The notes: generated by a model from the sequence alone, not told the origin. DNA of 32,000 nt from Nostoc sp. PCC 7120 = FACHB-418 (GCF_000009705.1 NC_003272.1:5250001-5282000), one strand, 5' to 3'. Numbered from the stretch's first letter, positions 1 through 9,899 are shown. Translations and numbers: made by a program.

Positions 1-504
1 AAATCAGTTGCTCATTAACCCGTAGTTTTATGAAATGATAAATACAGTTTACCTGTGCTGGATTTCTGGGTGATTGTTTGCCCTAAGAGGTGGCTATCTG
101 CTGCCTTATTTCCTTGTTAGCAGACATTCAGAAAGATTCATTACTCACTTTTTTAATAAAAATTATCATAAATGTATCCCAAAAATTGAGAATTTAAAAA
201 TAGGCGATCGCTGATTTCGTCAAATCTCAATTGTCTGATTATTAACAAATAGAATTTAAAAAGTTCTCGATTTTTGAGATGTAATACAGATGCCTACCGA
301 GTGGAAAAATTCCCATCTACAACACTGACAACTAATAACACGCAACAGCACGGTAAAATACAAAATTGCCCCACAACTTGAAGCAGAGTAGGGCAAAGGA
401 CAGTTAAGCACTTTTTGTAGTCTGTCCGACGACAACGGAGTTTCGCCAGACTTTTGTGACGCTTTGTTTTGTGTCCATACCATTGTTATTTTTTACAAAA
501 CTTT

Positions 505-1485
505 ATGTTTCCAACACACCGCCCTCGTCGTTTGCGTACCCATCCCCAATTACGCCGCATGGTACGTGAGACTGTATTGACTACCAATGATTTGATTTAC
601 CCGTTGTTTGCTGTTCCCGGAGAAGGAATTGCTAACGAAGTAAAATCTATGCCTGGTGTCTATCAACTATCGGTAGATAAGATTGTTGAGGAAGCTAAAG
701 AGGTTCACGATTTAGGCATTCCCGCAATTATTTTGTTTGGTATTCCCGCAGATAAGGATACAGATGCGACAGGTGCTTGGCATGATTGCGGTATTGTCCA
801 AAAGGCTGCAACGGCTGTAAAAGCAGCAGTACCCGATTTGATTGTAATTGCGGATACTTGTTTGTGCGAGTACACCAGTCATGGACATTGCGGTTATTTG
901 CAAGTGGGTGATTTGACAGGACGAGTATTGAATGACCCTACTTTAGAATTGTTGAAGAAAACCGCAGTTTCCCAAGCCAAAGCTGGTGCGGATATTATCG
1001 CCCCTTCCGGGATGATGGATGGCTTTGTGCAGGCAATTCGCGCAGGTTTAGATGAAGCAGGATTTCAAGACACGCCGATTTTGTCTTATGCTGCTAAGTA
1101 TGCTTCGGCTTATTATGGCCCATTTAGGGATGCAGCAGATTCTACACCACAATTTGGAGATAGAAGAACCTACCAAATGGACCCTGGTAACTCCCGCGAA
1201 GCTATCAGAGAAATTGAACTAGATATAGCTGAAGGCGCTGATATGTTGATGGTGAAGCCTGCTTTGGCTTACATGGACATTATTTGGCAGGTAAAGGAAG
1301 CCAGTAATTTACCTGTGGCTGCTTACAATGTGTCTGGTGAATATTCGATGGTGAAAGCTGCGGCGCTGAATGGTTGGATTGATGAACAGCGCGTAGTGAT
1401 GGAAACTTTAACTGGGTTTAAGCGTGCTGGTGCTGACCTGATTTTAACCTATCACGCTAAAGATGCTGCTCGTTGGTTACCGTAG
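505..1485 (+). CDS. hemB: Porphobilinogen synthase (delta-aminolevulinic acid dehydratase), Cys-rich Zn-type active site
   Basis: The ORF 469..1485 product contains typical ALAD motifs: N-terminal [39 protein letters not shown]. The N-terminus [11 protein letters not shown] is typical, so the ATG at 505 is preferred over the start at 469. Confidence 0.93.
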   Translation: MFPTHRPRRLRTHPQLRRMVRETVLTTNDLIYPLFAVPGEGIANEVKSMPGVYQLSVDKIVEEAKEVHDLGIPAIILFGIPADKDTDATGAWHDCGIVQKAATAVKAAVPDLIVIADTCLCEYTSHGHCGYLQVGDLTGRVLNDPTLELLKKTAVSQAKAGADIIAPSGMMDGFVQAIRAGLDEAGFQDTPILSYAAKYASAYYGPFRDAADSTPQFGDRRTYQMDPGNSREAIREIELDIAEGADMLMVKPALAYMDIIWQVKEASNLPVAAYNVSGEYSMVKAAALNGWIDEQRVVMETLTGFKRAGADLILTYHAKDAARWLP

Positions 1486-1532
1486 GGTAGGCTATCTCAC
1501 GCATAGGCGCGGAAATATAGAGTTTTTCGTGT

Positions 1533-2087
1533 TTAGGCGTGAGATTGATTTTCGTCACAGTTACGGGAATACTCAAACTCGGCTTCTTGTTCTCTTTTTC
1601 CTTGGGAAAAAATTGGACAGAGTTTTGTGTTGGCACTCATACAATCCATGTGTGGTGTCTTGGCACAAACTAACAGTAAAATACTCAAGATAAATAACAA
1701 ACCACAAATTGCTGCTGTTTGAATTGCAGAGATATCTAGTACGCCATGAACAACTACTTCTCGCAGAACTGATACAATAGCTACCTCTACGGCTACACCT
1801 ACAGAAATACTATGTTCCTGCAAGTAGACCATTAATAGTCTAAATAATTCCACCAAAATCAAGATGAAGAGTATTTTTGCCGTGACTACTTTATAGTTGA
1901 GTGGCTGAGTAAGTGCTATAAATATACCCCACAACTGTATAAGCATGACGACGAATAAAACTAAGCATAAGACTATGACTAATAAATCTTGAAATGCTTC
2001 CATCTGCCTAACAATAGCATGACGATCTAACCAGCGATCGCAAAATAAAAATCTACTCTTGGTACGCTTTTTGAGTTTCTTGTTCAT
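1533..2087 (-). CDS. Small polytopic membrane protein, PsiE-like (phosphate-starvation-inducible E family), Cys-containing C-terminal tail
   Basis: 184-aa ORF with about 4 hydrophobic helices (LLVIVLCLVLFVVMLIQLWGIF, ILFILILVELFRLLMVYL, GVAVEVAIVSVLREVV, ICGLLFILSILLLV). The family assignment is from memory of PsiE-like sequence patterns and is not verified. Confidence 0.45.
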   Translation of the reverse strand: MNKKLKKRTKSRFLFCDRWLDRHAIVRQMEAFQDLLVIVLCLVLFVVMLIQLWGIFIALTQPLNYKVVTAKILFILILVELFRLLMVYLQEHSISVGVAVEVAIVSVLREVVVHGVLDISAIQTAAICGLLFILSILLLVCAKTPHMDCMSANTKLCPIFSQGKREQEAEFEYSRNCDENQSHA

Positions 2088-2151
2088 GTGGATAGGGGTT
2101 AGTTGGAGACGACAATAATTAATTCACCCCATATCTCATTTTTACCGTAGG

Positions 2152-3087
2152 TTAATTATTCTTACCTCCGCGTGGTTGAGAATTTAAATTTTGTACTTGT
2201 TGTAACAATTGTTCGGCATTTTTTGCCCATTGGGGATTCCCTTGGGTACTATATAAATTCTTGGCGTGATTAAATACTTTTGCTGCTTCACCATATTGAT
2301 TTAATTGGGTAAAAACTAATCCTGCACCGTAATAAGCATTGGGATAATTAGGATTAGCTTCGGCTGACTTTCTAAAGGCTGTTAATGCTTCTTGGGGTTG
2401 GCCTTGATTAAATAAGACAACGCCCAGATTATAATAAGCTTCGGAATATCGCGGGTTGATTTTTATCGCTTGATTGAAAGCATTTTTAGCTTCATTTAAT
2501 TTACCTTGTTGTAAATAAGAAATCCCTAGATAATAATGAGGTTCCGGTGCATTTTTACTCAACTCTACTGCTTTTTGAAATGAGGCGATCGCTCCTTCCC
2601 AATTTTGTTGCTGCTGTCTGACTAACCCCAAGTTATAATGTGCAAAACCCAACCTTGGTTCTAATTCCAATGCACGTTGCAAATAGTCATTGGCTTGTTG
2701 TAAATTATTGCCTTCCAATAATGAGCCGCCCAAATTAGCAAAGGCTAAAGCAAAATTGGGGTCACTTTGAGTAGCGCGATAAAATGCGTCGGCGGCTGGT
2801 TGTAATTGTCCAGTTTGTCGCAGTGCTAAACCGAGATTGTAGTGGGCTGCGGCTAGGTTAGGATCTAACTGAATGGCTGACTGGAAAGCAGCGATCGCAT
2901 CTTGGAGCCTACCGGCTTGGATTGCCTGTAATCCCTGATTTAATAAGGTAGGGGCTGTAGGAAGACTATATTGTGCTAATAATTTGGGGATGATGGGGAT
3001 AGTTGCTCTGGCTGGTGTCAAGCATTCACCTAGTAATATCAAACTCAGCAACGCTGTTATGCGATATTTATAGAATGGTAGTCTCAT
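2152..3087 (-). CDS. Secreted tetratricopeptide (TPR) repeat protein
   Basis: 311-aa ORF with an N-terminal signal-like segment (ALLSLILLGECLTPARA). It carries about 7 tandem 34-aa repeats with the A..YNLG....G....A...F..A..L.P motif. Confidence 0.85.
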   Translation of the reverse strand: MRLPFYKYRITALLSLILLGECLTPARATIPIIPKLLAQYSLPTAPTLLNQGLQAIQAGRLQDAIAAFQSAIQLDPNLAAAHYNLGLALRQTGQLQPAADAFYRATQSDPNFALAFANLGGSLLEGNNLQQANDYLQRALELEPRLGFAHYNLGLVRQQQQNWEGAIASFQKAVELSKNAPEPHYYLGISYLQQGKLNEAKNAFNQAIKINPRYSEAYYNLGVVLFNQGQPQEALTAFRKSAEANPNYPNAYYGAGLVFTQLNQYGEAAKVFNHAKNLYSTQGNPQWAKNAEQLLQQVQNLNSQPRGGKNN

Positions 3088-3353
3088 TGATGGGCTAACT
3101 CACAACAATTTGCGTTATCTTTACTTCAAATAAACTGACATTCAAAATTACGTTTTAACAAAAATTCTAGATTCTGCATTAAAGTTTGTATCGCTTAACG
3201 TTTCTTAAGATAAATCTTACGACAGGCTACAATTTTTTGCACCTTTGATTAAAGGAAGGATAATAACAAGTTAAAGAGAGGGTAATTCTCGGATTATTCA
3301 TCTTTGACAAAACAGGGCAATGCGGTATTGAGACTTACCGCAAGGGAGGTTTT

Positions 3354-5438
3354 ATGAGCGAAAAAGTCAGATTAGGTTCGCGGAATGTTGCCATTGTCGG
3401 CCCTTATTTAAGTGGAAAAACAACTTTACTAGAAAGCTTATTATTTGTCACAGGAGCGATTTCTCGCAAAGGCAGCGTTAAGGATACTAACACAGTTGGG
3501 GATAGTGCGAATGAATCACGCGATCGCCACATGAGCGTAGAAATCAGCACTGCCTGCGCTGAGTATAACGACATTCGTTTTACCTTTATAGACTGTCCGG
3601 GTAGCGTTGAATTTACCCAAGAAACATATAACGCGCTCATGGGCGTTGATGCGGCAATTGTAGTCTGCGAACCAATACGTGAAAGAGTCCTCACCCTTGC
3701 TCCTCTATTTAAATTCCTAGACGATTGGGAAATTCCCCATCTTGTCTTTGTGAATAAAATGGATCGAGCAAACATTCATGTCCTCGAAACATTACACGCC
3801 CTCAAAGCAGTTTCCAGTCGTCCCTTAGTAGCTCACCAATACCCCATCATGCAGAGAGAAGTTGGAGCGGCGGCTTCCGCCGATCCAAACTTCGGGGGGG
3901 AACAACTCACCGGCTTTATCGACATGGTGAGTGAACAAGCCTATCAATATCATCCCGGCGCACCAGCTGACCCCATTCCCTTCCCTGAACATCTCAAACA
4001 AGAAGAACATACCGCACGGGCAGAAATGCTCGAAGCCTTAGCAAATTTTGATGACCATTTATTGGAAGAGCTTTTAGAAGATATTGAACCACCAGCAGAA
4101 GAAATCCTCAAAGATTTAAAAATGGAATTAGGGGCAGATTTAGTAGTTCCCGTCTTCTTTGGTGTCGCGGAACAAGATTATGGTGTCAGACCTTTATTAG
4201 AAGCTTTACTCAGGGAAGCCCCCGAACCAGAAACCACCGCCGCCCGTCGCCTCAAAGGAAAAGTTAGTCATACACCCATAGCCCAAGTCTTAAAAACCTA
4301 TTACACTCCCCAAGGTGGCAAACTTTCCCTCGTGCGAGTATGGCAAGGCAAACTCACCGATGGTATCATCCTCAACGGCGTGCGCGCTGGTGGGATTTAT
4401 CGCCTCATGGGACAACAACAGCAATCGGTGAACGAAGTCGGTGCAGGTGAAATTGTCGCCCTCAGCCGTTTAGAAGGAATTAAAACCGGGGATACCATCT
4501 CCACAGAACAGCCGACGCAATTACCCAAAGCCCAACAGTTAGAGCCAGTTTACGCCCTCGCCATCACCCCAGAAAAGCGCAACGATGAAGTTAAACTCAG
4601 CAACGCTATCACCAAACTCTTAGAAGAAGACCCCTCTTTAGCTTGGGAACAACACGGCGACACCCACGAAGTGATTTTGTGGGGACAAGGCGAGATTCAT
4701 TTGCAAGTCGCCCTGGATAGACTGCGCCGCAAATATAACTTGCCCATGTCTACCCATTTGCCACAAGTGCCTTATAAAGAAACCATCCGTAAACCAGTCA
4801 CCTCAGTACATGGACGCTACAAACACCAAAGCGGTGGTCATGGACAGTTCGGTGATGTGTTCCTGGATATCAAACCCCTACCACGGGGTGAAGGCTTCAA
4901 CTTTAAAGAAAGCATTGTTGGTGGTGTAGTACCTAGACAGTATATTCCTGGGGTAGAAATGGGTGTGCGGGAATTTCTTGTACATGGGCCTTTAGGCTTC
5001 CCAGTGGTTGATGTGGCGGTGACATTAACAAATGGTTCCTATCACACCGTTGATAGTTCCGAACAAGCCTTCAAGCAAGCCGCCCGTTTAGCCATGCAAA
5101 CAGGCATACCCCAAGCCCAACCCACCTTATTAGAGCCGATTTTGCGGGTGGAAGTGACAACACCCAGTGAGTTTACCTCTAAGGTGCTGCAATTATTGAG
5201 TGGTAGACGTGGGCAAATTTTGGGCTACGAAGGCAGACAAGATTGGCAAGGCTGGGATAATATTTCTGCTTACCTACCACAAGCCGAGATGCAAAACTTT
5301 ATTGTAGAGCTGCGATCGCTCACTCTCGGCGTTGGTTCATTCCATTGGGCTTATGACCACCTGCAAGAAGTCCCAGAAAAGCTTGCTGAACGCGTACTTG
5401 CTAGTAACGGTAATGGTAGTAACGGCAATGGCAAGTAG
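3354..5438 (+). CDS. EF-G-like translational GTPase paralog (not the canonical str-operon fusA)
   Basis: 694-aa ORF preceded by the RBS GGAGG at 3344..3348. G motifs are GPYLSGKT, DCPGSVEF and NKMD. EF-G domain II-V-like sequence follows (GKLSLVRVWQGKL, HGRYKHQSGGHGQFGDV, VDSSEQAFKQAA). It has a G' insertion and an SNGNGSNGNGK tail. Confidence 0.88.
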   Translation: MSEKVRLGSRNVAIVGPYLSGKTTLLESLLFVTGAISRKGSVKDTNTVGDSANESRDRHMSVEISTACAEYNDIRFTFIDCPGSVEFTQETYNALMGVDAAIVVCEPIRERVLTLAPLFKFLDDWEIPHLVFVNKMDRANIHVLETLHALKAVSSRPLVAHQYPIMQREVGAAASADPNFGGEQLTGFIDMVSEQAYQYHPGAPADPIPFPEHLKQEEHTARAEMLEALANFDDHLLEELLEDIEPPAEEILKDLKMELGADLVVPVFFGVAEQDYGVRPLLEALLREAPEPETTAARRLKGKVSHTPIAQVLKTYYTPQGGKLSLVRVWQGKLTDGIILNGVRAGGIYRLMGQQQQSVNEVGAGEIVALSRLEGIKTGDTISTEQPTQLPKAQQLEPVYALAITPEKRNDEVKLSNAITKLLEEDPSLAWEQHGDTHEVILWGQGEIHLQVALDRLRRKYNLPMSTHLPQVPYKETIRKPVTSVHGRYKHQSGGHGQFGDVFLDIKPLPRGEGFNFKESIVGGVVPRQYIPGVEMGVREFLVHGPLGFPVVDVAVTLTNGSYHTVDSSEQAFKQAARLAMQTGIPQAQPTLLEPILRVEVTTPSEFTSKVLQLLSGRRGQILGYEGRQDWQGWDNISAYLPQAEMQNFIVELRSLTLGVGSFHWAYDHLQEVPEKLAERVLASNGNGSNGNGK

Positions 5439-5472
5439 TATCAGTTAACGAATGTCTCCTCTATTCAGAATC

Positions 5473-5505
5473 TTGGAGTGGTAATATTTATCACTCCAAT
5501 TTTTT
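5473..5505 (+). terminator. Rho-independent terminator downstream of the EF-G-like gene
   Basis: Stem TTGGAGTG (5473..5480) pairs with CACTCCAA (5492..5499), with an 11-nt loop followed by T6 (5500..5505). Confidence 0.7.
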
Positions 5506-5694
5506 ATCACTATTCACCTTCAGAATATGGACATAATTTCAGTAACTTTACTAATAAAAATACACTTTTTCAATGATTAAAATTTAAACATAGTTTAAAT
5601 AGATTAAGAATCAGAGGGCATTTAGAAAGTGGGTAAGAGAGCAAATTGGAATTTAGCTATTCTTAACCTGGAACTAATAACCGTTTTATTAATT

Positions 5695-7170
5695 TTACCG
5701 ATGAAGTTTTACCTGTAATTCATCTTTGATGCGATTGAGAATAGAATTTTCATCAAGGGTTGCCAAAATTCGGTTAATTACGGCTTTCGGCCCATCTGGC
5801 CCCCATGTTGCCCCATTGGCTAAATAGACTTTAGTCACTTGCCCAATACCATAGGAAGACACGCCAGCTACACCAGCCTGGGTAATAGCAACTGAGATAT
5901 AAGGCCCCAAGGAAATACCAGCTGTAGCAGTTGCAGAGATACCAAGTAAAGTTTTTAAACCACTTAAACCCAAATTTGCCAGGAGTTCACTAACACCGAT
6001 ACCACCCATACTCAAGGCAATTTTTTGCAGCAATTGCACAGCACCTGCTTCAGTCATGGGAATACCATAGAGTTTAGATAAGCCCAAGATAAGAGAAATA
6101 TCAATTACTATACTGCTCAGTATATCTACTACAGTAACAGGATTGAGAGCGATCGCCACCGCTTTAGTCATGACGGCTTTCCAAATCAACTGATTCGCGT
6201 TCTGCTCCCGAATCATCAATTTACGCTGCACCAATTGCTCATTTACATTATCGGCAAACAGCATCGTATTTAATGCAACTAAAGCCTTGCCCTCCCGTTG
6301 TAAAATCTCCAAAATCTTCACCTGGAGTTCTGCCACTTGAGCGTTACCTGTACGCACCTGCACCCCCCTACTGCCATCAGGACGACGCACGGCAGTTTTT
6401 ACCAGTGGTGATGCAGCTGCCATGACAATCTCTAGTGGTGTCAGTAACTCCCGCACCCGTTCATCCCGAATCTTCTGGTAAATTGCTGTCCTATCGGCTT
6501 CTGGATATTGGTCTACCTTGTTAAATACCAGAATTATGGGTTTACCTGCTTCTCGTAATTGAGAAAGGGCTTCATGCTCAATTTTGGTCATGTCGCCAGA
6601 AATCACAAACAAAATTAAATCTGCTTGCTTCGCTATCTGTTCCGCCAAAGCAGTGCGGGTTTCTCCATCAATTTCATCTAACCCAGGGGTATCAATTAAC
6701 TCTACCTGCGATCGCCCAACCGATGGTAAAGTGACACGCAAAGCCCGTTCTGTTTCCCCAATCGCCTCTTCACTAATCCGCCAATTGACCCGTTGAGCCG
6801 CACGGGTAACACCATGCAAAGGCCCCGTTTCAAATACAGATTCCCCCACCAACGCATTGAGCAAAGAAGACTTACCTCGTCCCACCATGCCAAAAGCAGC
6901 GATTTGTACCACCATGCTGTCTAACTTCCCCAACATGGTTTCTAAATCAGCTATTTCTGACTCTAAGCCAGCCTTTTCCTGAGAACTGAGGTCAATATTG
7001 TCTACTAAGTTCCGCAGCGCCGATTGCGCTTGTTTATAGTTGAGTTCTGCTTGAATATCTTCAAAGCTAAAAATGGCACTATCAAGTTCTTCCTCCCAGT
7101 TGAGAGAACTTGTATCAGTATTGGTTGCATCGCTTGGTTGAGGATCAGGCAAGGGTAATATTGAGGTCAT
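5695..7170 (-). CDS. P-loop GTPase with a C-terminal hydrophobic (DUF697-like) membrane domain
   Basis: 491-aa ORF with G1 GMVGRGKSSLLNALVG, G3 DTPGLDE and G4 NKVD. The C-terminal ~150 aa are Gly/Ala/Ile-rich hydrophobic segments. Confidence 0.8.
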   Translation of the reverse strand: MTSILPLPDPQPSDATNTDTSSLNWEEELDSAIFSFEDIQAELNYKQAQSALRNLVDNIDLSSQEKAGLESEIADLETMLGKLDSMVVQIAAFGMVGRGKSSLLNALVGESVFETGPLHGVTRAAQRVNWRISEEAIGETERALRVTLPSVGRSQVELIDTPGLDEIDGETRTALAEQIAKQADLILFVISGDMTKIEHEALSQLREAGKPIILVFNKVDQYPEADRTAIYQKIRDERVRELLTPLEIVMAAASPLVKTAVRRPDGSRGVQVRTGNAQVAELQVKILEILQREGKALVALNTMLFADNVNEQLVQRKLMIREQNANQLIWKAVMTKAVAIALNPVTVVDILSSIVIDISLILGLSKLYGIPMTEAGAVQLLQKIALSMGGIGVSELLANLGLSGLKTLLGISATATAGISLGPYISVAITQAGVAGVSSYGIGQVTKVYLANGATWGPDGPKAVINRILATLDENSILNRIKDELQVKLHR

Positions 7171-7284
7171 ATTCAGTTCTATATTTTAAATTTTAATTTT
7201 TAAACTAGCTTTATTTTCCATCCTAGTAATTTTTCGCAGGATATTGGGCAAATAAGCAAGCTAGAGAACAGATGGGAGTAACAA

Positions 7285-7319
7285 CTGACAAATGACTCAT
7301 GACAAATGACTAAATGGCT
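7285..7319. repeat. Heptamer (STRR-like) tandem array CTGACAA/ATGACTC/ATGACAA/ATGACTA
   Basis: Read directly from the sequence. Five consecutive 7-nt units overlap the ATG at 7306 used by the ORF track for tpiA. Confidence 0.7.
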
Positions 7320-7380
7320 AACAAAAAGTCATAAACTGAAAAGTGCATCTAGTAGCGTTAGGAACTTGACTAAATCACCT

Positions 7381-8106
7381 GTGCGGAAAATAGTTATTGC
7401 CGGTAACTGGAAAATGTTCAAAACCCAGGCAGAGTCTCAAGAGTTCTTAAAAGAATTTCTGCCTGCATTAGAGGAAACACCTCAAGAACGGGAAGTGCTG
7501 CTTTGCGTTCCTTTCACTGATCTGGCCATTTTGTCTCAGAGCTTACATGGTAGCCTTGTACAACTGGGAGCGCAAAATGTCCACTGGGCAGAAAATGGAG
7601 CATACACTGGTGAAATCTCTGGCCCAATGTTGACAGAAATTGGTGTCCGTTACGTCATTGTCGGTCATAGCGAACGACGACAATTTTTTGGGGAAACAGA
7701 CGAGACAGTGAATTTACGTCTCCAAGCTGCCCAAAAGTATGGTTTAACACCAATTCTTTGTGTAGGCGAAACCAAACAACAGCGAGATTCTGGGGAAACT
7801 GAATCACTAATTGTCAGCCAACTCGACAAAGACCTCATAAATGTTGATCAGACAAATTTGGTGATTGCCTACGAACCCATTTGGGCAATAGGCACTGGTG
7901 ATACTTGTGAAACAACAGAGGCTAATCGAGTTATTGGCTTAATTCGCAGCCAATTGAAGAATTCTGATGTGCCGATTCAATATGGTGGCTCAGTCAAACC
8001 AAATAATATTGACGAGATTATGGCTCAACCAGAAATCGATGGCGTTCTCGTGGGCGGAGCAAGTCTAGAAGCTGCAAGTTTCGCTAGGATAGTCAACTAT
8101 CTCTAA
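7381..8106 (+). CDS. tpiA: Triosephosphate isomerase
   Basis: Motifs [24 protein letters not shown] and GGASL are present. The conserved sequence begins at [16 protein letters not shown] at 7381 gives a typical 241-aa TpiA. The 25-aa extension from the ATG at 7306 lies in a heptamer repeat and is K/S-rich. Confidence 0.9.
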   Translation: MRKIVIAGNWKMFKTQAESQEFLKEFLPALEETPQEREVLLCVPFTDLAILSQSLHGSLVQLGAQNVHWAENGAYTGEISGPMLTEIGVRYVIVGHSERRQFFGETDETVNLRLQAAQKYGLTPILCVGETKQQRDSGETESLIVSQLDKDLINVDQTNLVIAYEPIWAIGTGDTCETTEANRVIGLIRSQLKNSDVPIQYGGSVKPNNIDEIMAQPEIDGVLVGGASLEAASFARIVNYL

Positions 8107-8121
8107 AGAGTCCACTCTAAT

Positions 8122-8149
8122 GTACAGACGTTGCCCGCAACGTCTCTAC
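8122..8149. repeat. 28-nt palindromic small dispersed element (GTACAGACGTTGC-CCG-CAACGTCTCTAC); possible tpiA terminator hairpin
   Basis: Inverted repeat read directly. A second copy is at 19091..19118. Confidence 0.7.
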
Positions 8150-8158
8150 TAAATAATT

Positions 8159-9022
8159 ATGTGCAGTAAATTGATCATAGGCGATCGCTGTTTCCACTGG
8201 GGACAGCGTACTTATTTAATGGGCATTTTAAATGTAACGCCAGATAGTTTTAGTGATGGTGGTAAATTTAATACTACATCTGCCGCTTTAGCCCAGGCAA
8301 AAGCCCTAGTAGCTTCTGGTGCTGATATTATCGATGTCGGTGGTCAATCTACTAGACCAGGCGCAGAGCAAATCACCCTGACAGAAGAACTGGAGCGGGT
8401 ATTGCCAATAGTCCAGATATTGCGATCGCAAATTTCTGTACCCATATCAGTGGATACAACTAGGGCAGTCGTAGCTAAAGCATCTATAGAAGCTGGAGCA
8501 AATATTATTAATGATATTTCTGGTGGCACATTTGACCCCCAAATGTTGCCCACAGTGGCAACTTTAGGCGTGCCAATTATATTGATGCACATCCGTGGTA
8601 CACCACAGACTATGCAGCAATTTACCGATTATCAAGATTTAATGGGAGAAATTTCTAGTTTTTTAGCTAACCAAATTACCACAGCCACAACTTTGGGTAT
8701 TCAACCCGAAAAAATTATCATTGATCCTGGTATTGGCTTTGCTAAAAACTACGAACAAAATTTAGAAATACTACGCCACTTACGTTCATTACGGGCGCTA
8801 AATTGTCCTATTTTAGTAGGGGCATCCCGTAAAAGTTTTATCGGTCGAATTTTAAATCAACCAGATCCCAAAGCACGAGTTTGGGGAACGACTGCGGCTT
8901 GTTGCGCTGCTATTTTCAACGGAGCTGATATCCTGCGAGTACATGATGTTCAAGAGATGCGTGATGTATCCCTAGTTGCTGATGCACTCTTTCGGGGTGA
9001 GGTATTGAGTTCTGAAAATTGA
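8159..9022 (+). CDS. folP: Dihydropteroate synthase
   Basis: Motifs MGILNVTPDSFSDGG, DVGGQSTRPG, IDPGIGFAK and SRKSFIG are present. Confidence 0.93.
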   Translation: MCSKLIIGDRCFHWGQRTYLMGILNVTPDSFSDGGKFNTTSAALAQAKALVASGADIIDVGGQSTRPGAEQITLTEELERVLPIVQILRSQISVPISVDTTRAVVAKASIEAGANIINDISGGTFDPQMLPTVATLGVPIILMHIRGTPQTMQQFTDYQDLMGEISSFLANQITTATTLGIQPEKIIIDPGIGFAKNYEQNLEILRHLRSLRALNCPILVGASRKSFIGRILNQPDPKARVWGTTAACCAAIFNGADILRVHDVQEMRDVSLVADALFRGEVLSSEN

Positions 9023-9062
9023 GTTATTGTCCCCTGCTCCTCTGCCCCCTGCTCCCCACTGT

Positions 9063-9899
9063 CTACCCATGCTCCCCACTCTTCCCATTACCATCAGTAT
9101 TTACGGTCTCAGCCATGACCTCTTTCATCAATTCACCCGATTTGCCTGGGTCTACGAACACGACCTTGGCATTGGTACTTTCTCCTAGTTTGTAACTTGC
9201 ATTAATATAATCTTGAGCGACCAAATAACGGAGAATTTCTTTACTTTCGGGATTACTACGCAATGCTTCGGCAATTATCTGCATAGAAGTCATTGTGCCT
9301 TCTGCCTTCTTGATAGCAGCTTGACGTTCTCCTTCAGCTTCGGAAATTAGCGCCCGTTTTTTGAATTCAGCCGCTCGTTCCTCTTCCATTGTTTTCCGCA
9401 CACTTTCCGGTGGTGTAATTCTTTGAATATCTAACCGGATAATTTCAACGCCCCAATCGGCTGTTGTGCTGTTCAACTCACTTAAGATGGTTCGGTTCAT
9501 TTCATCTCTGGTGACATTGGTGTCTTCTACCGTATTTTGAGCAATCACTTCCCGGAGTGTGGTTGTTGCCAGTTGTGTCAACGCTCCCTGCAAGTCTTCA
9601 ATTGCATAGAAGCTTTTCTCCATATCCCGGATACGCCAGAAAAGAATGGCATCAACTTCTAGGTAGATATTGTCCCTAGTGATGACATTTTGAGGTTTGA
9701 TATCGATAAATTGCTCCCTTGTGGTATCTTCCATCACCACTTGATCAACCAAAGGCACGATGAAGTTTAAGCCTGGATTTAGTGTGCGATGTCTCCGTCC
9801 TAAGCGTTCAACAAGGGCTGCATTCCCTTCATTAATAATTTTTGCAGATCCTAAGGCATAACCGATAAGCGCTAAGACTATAGCAATAATTGGCTCCAT
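9063..9899 (-). CDS. SPFH/Band-7 (stomatin/HflC-like) membrane protein
   Basis: 278-aa ORF with an N-terminal TM (IIAIVLALIGYALG). It has an SPFH core (VERLGR.., QNVITRDNIYLEVDAILFWRI, TLREVI) and a coiled-coil C-terminal region. Confidence 0.88.
   Translation of the reverse strand: MEPIIAIVLALIGYALGSAKIINEGNAALVERLGRRHRTLNPGLNFIVPLVDQVVMEDTTREQFIDIKPQNVITRDNIYLEVDAILFWRIRDMEKSFYAIEDLQGALTQLATTTLREVIAQNTVEDTNVTRDEMNRTILSELNSTTADWGVEIIRLDIQRITPPESVRKTMEEERAAEFKKRALISEAEGERQAAIKKAEGTMTSMQIIAEALRSNPESKEILRYLVAQDYINASYKLGESTNAKVVFVDPGKSGELMKEVMAETVNTDGNGKSGEHG

Noticed and set aside
188-237. Imperfect inverted repeat ATTGAGAATTT ... AAATCTCAAT around a HIP1 site upstream of hemB
   Set aside because: The stem is short and bulged, the loop is about 25 nt, and there is no T-tract. 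The evidence is insufficient for a terminator or regulatory call.
256-483. 75-aa minus-strand ORF upstream of hemB
   Set aside because: It lies in the hemB leader and has an odd composition (Cys/Ser-rich with no motifs). It overlaps the artefactual 5' extension of the hemB ORF and has no RBS. It is most likely non-coding.
469-504. 12-codon 5' extension of hemB given by the ORF track ([12 protein letters not shown])
   Set aside because: The conserved ALAD N-terminus begins at [11 protein letters not shown] (ATG at 505). The extension is not conserved-looking and starts at a non-ATG codon (GTG).
1463-1693. 76-aa plus-strand ORF after hemB, and the 92-aa minus ORF 16332..16610
   Set aside because: Each overlaps a better-supported membrane-protein CDS on the opposite strand (the PsiE-like gene and the N-terminus of the coiled-coil gene). 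Neither has any motif.
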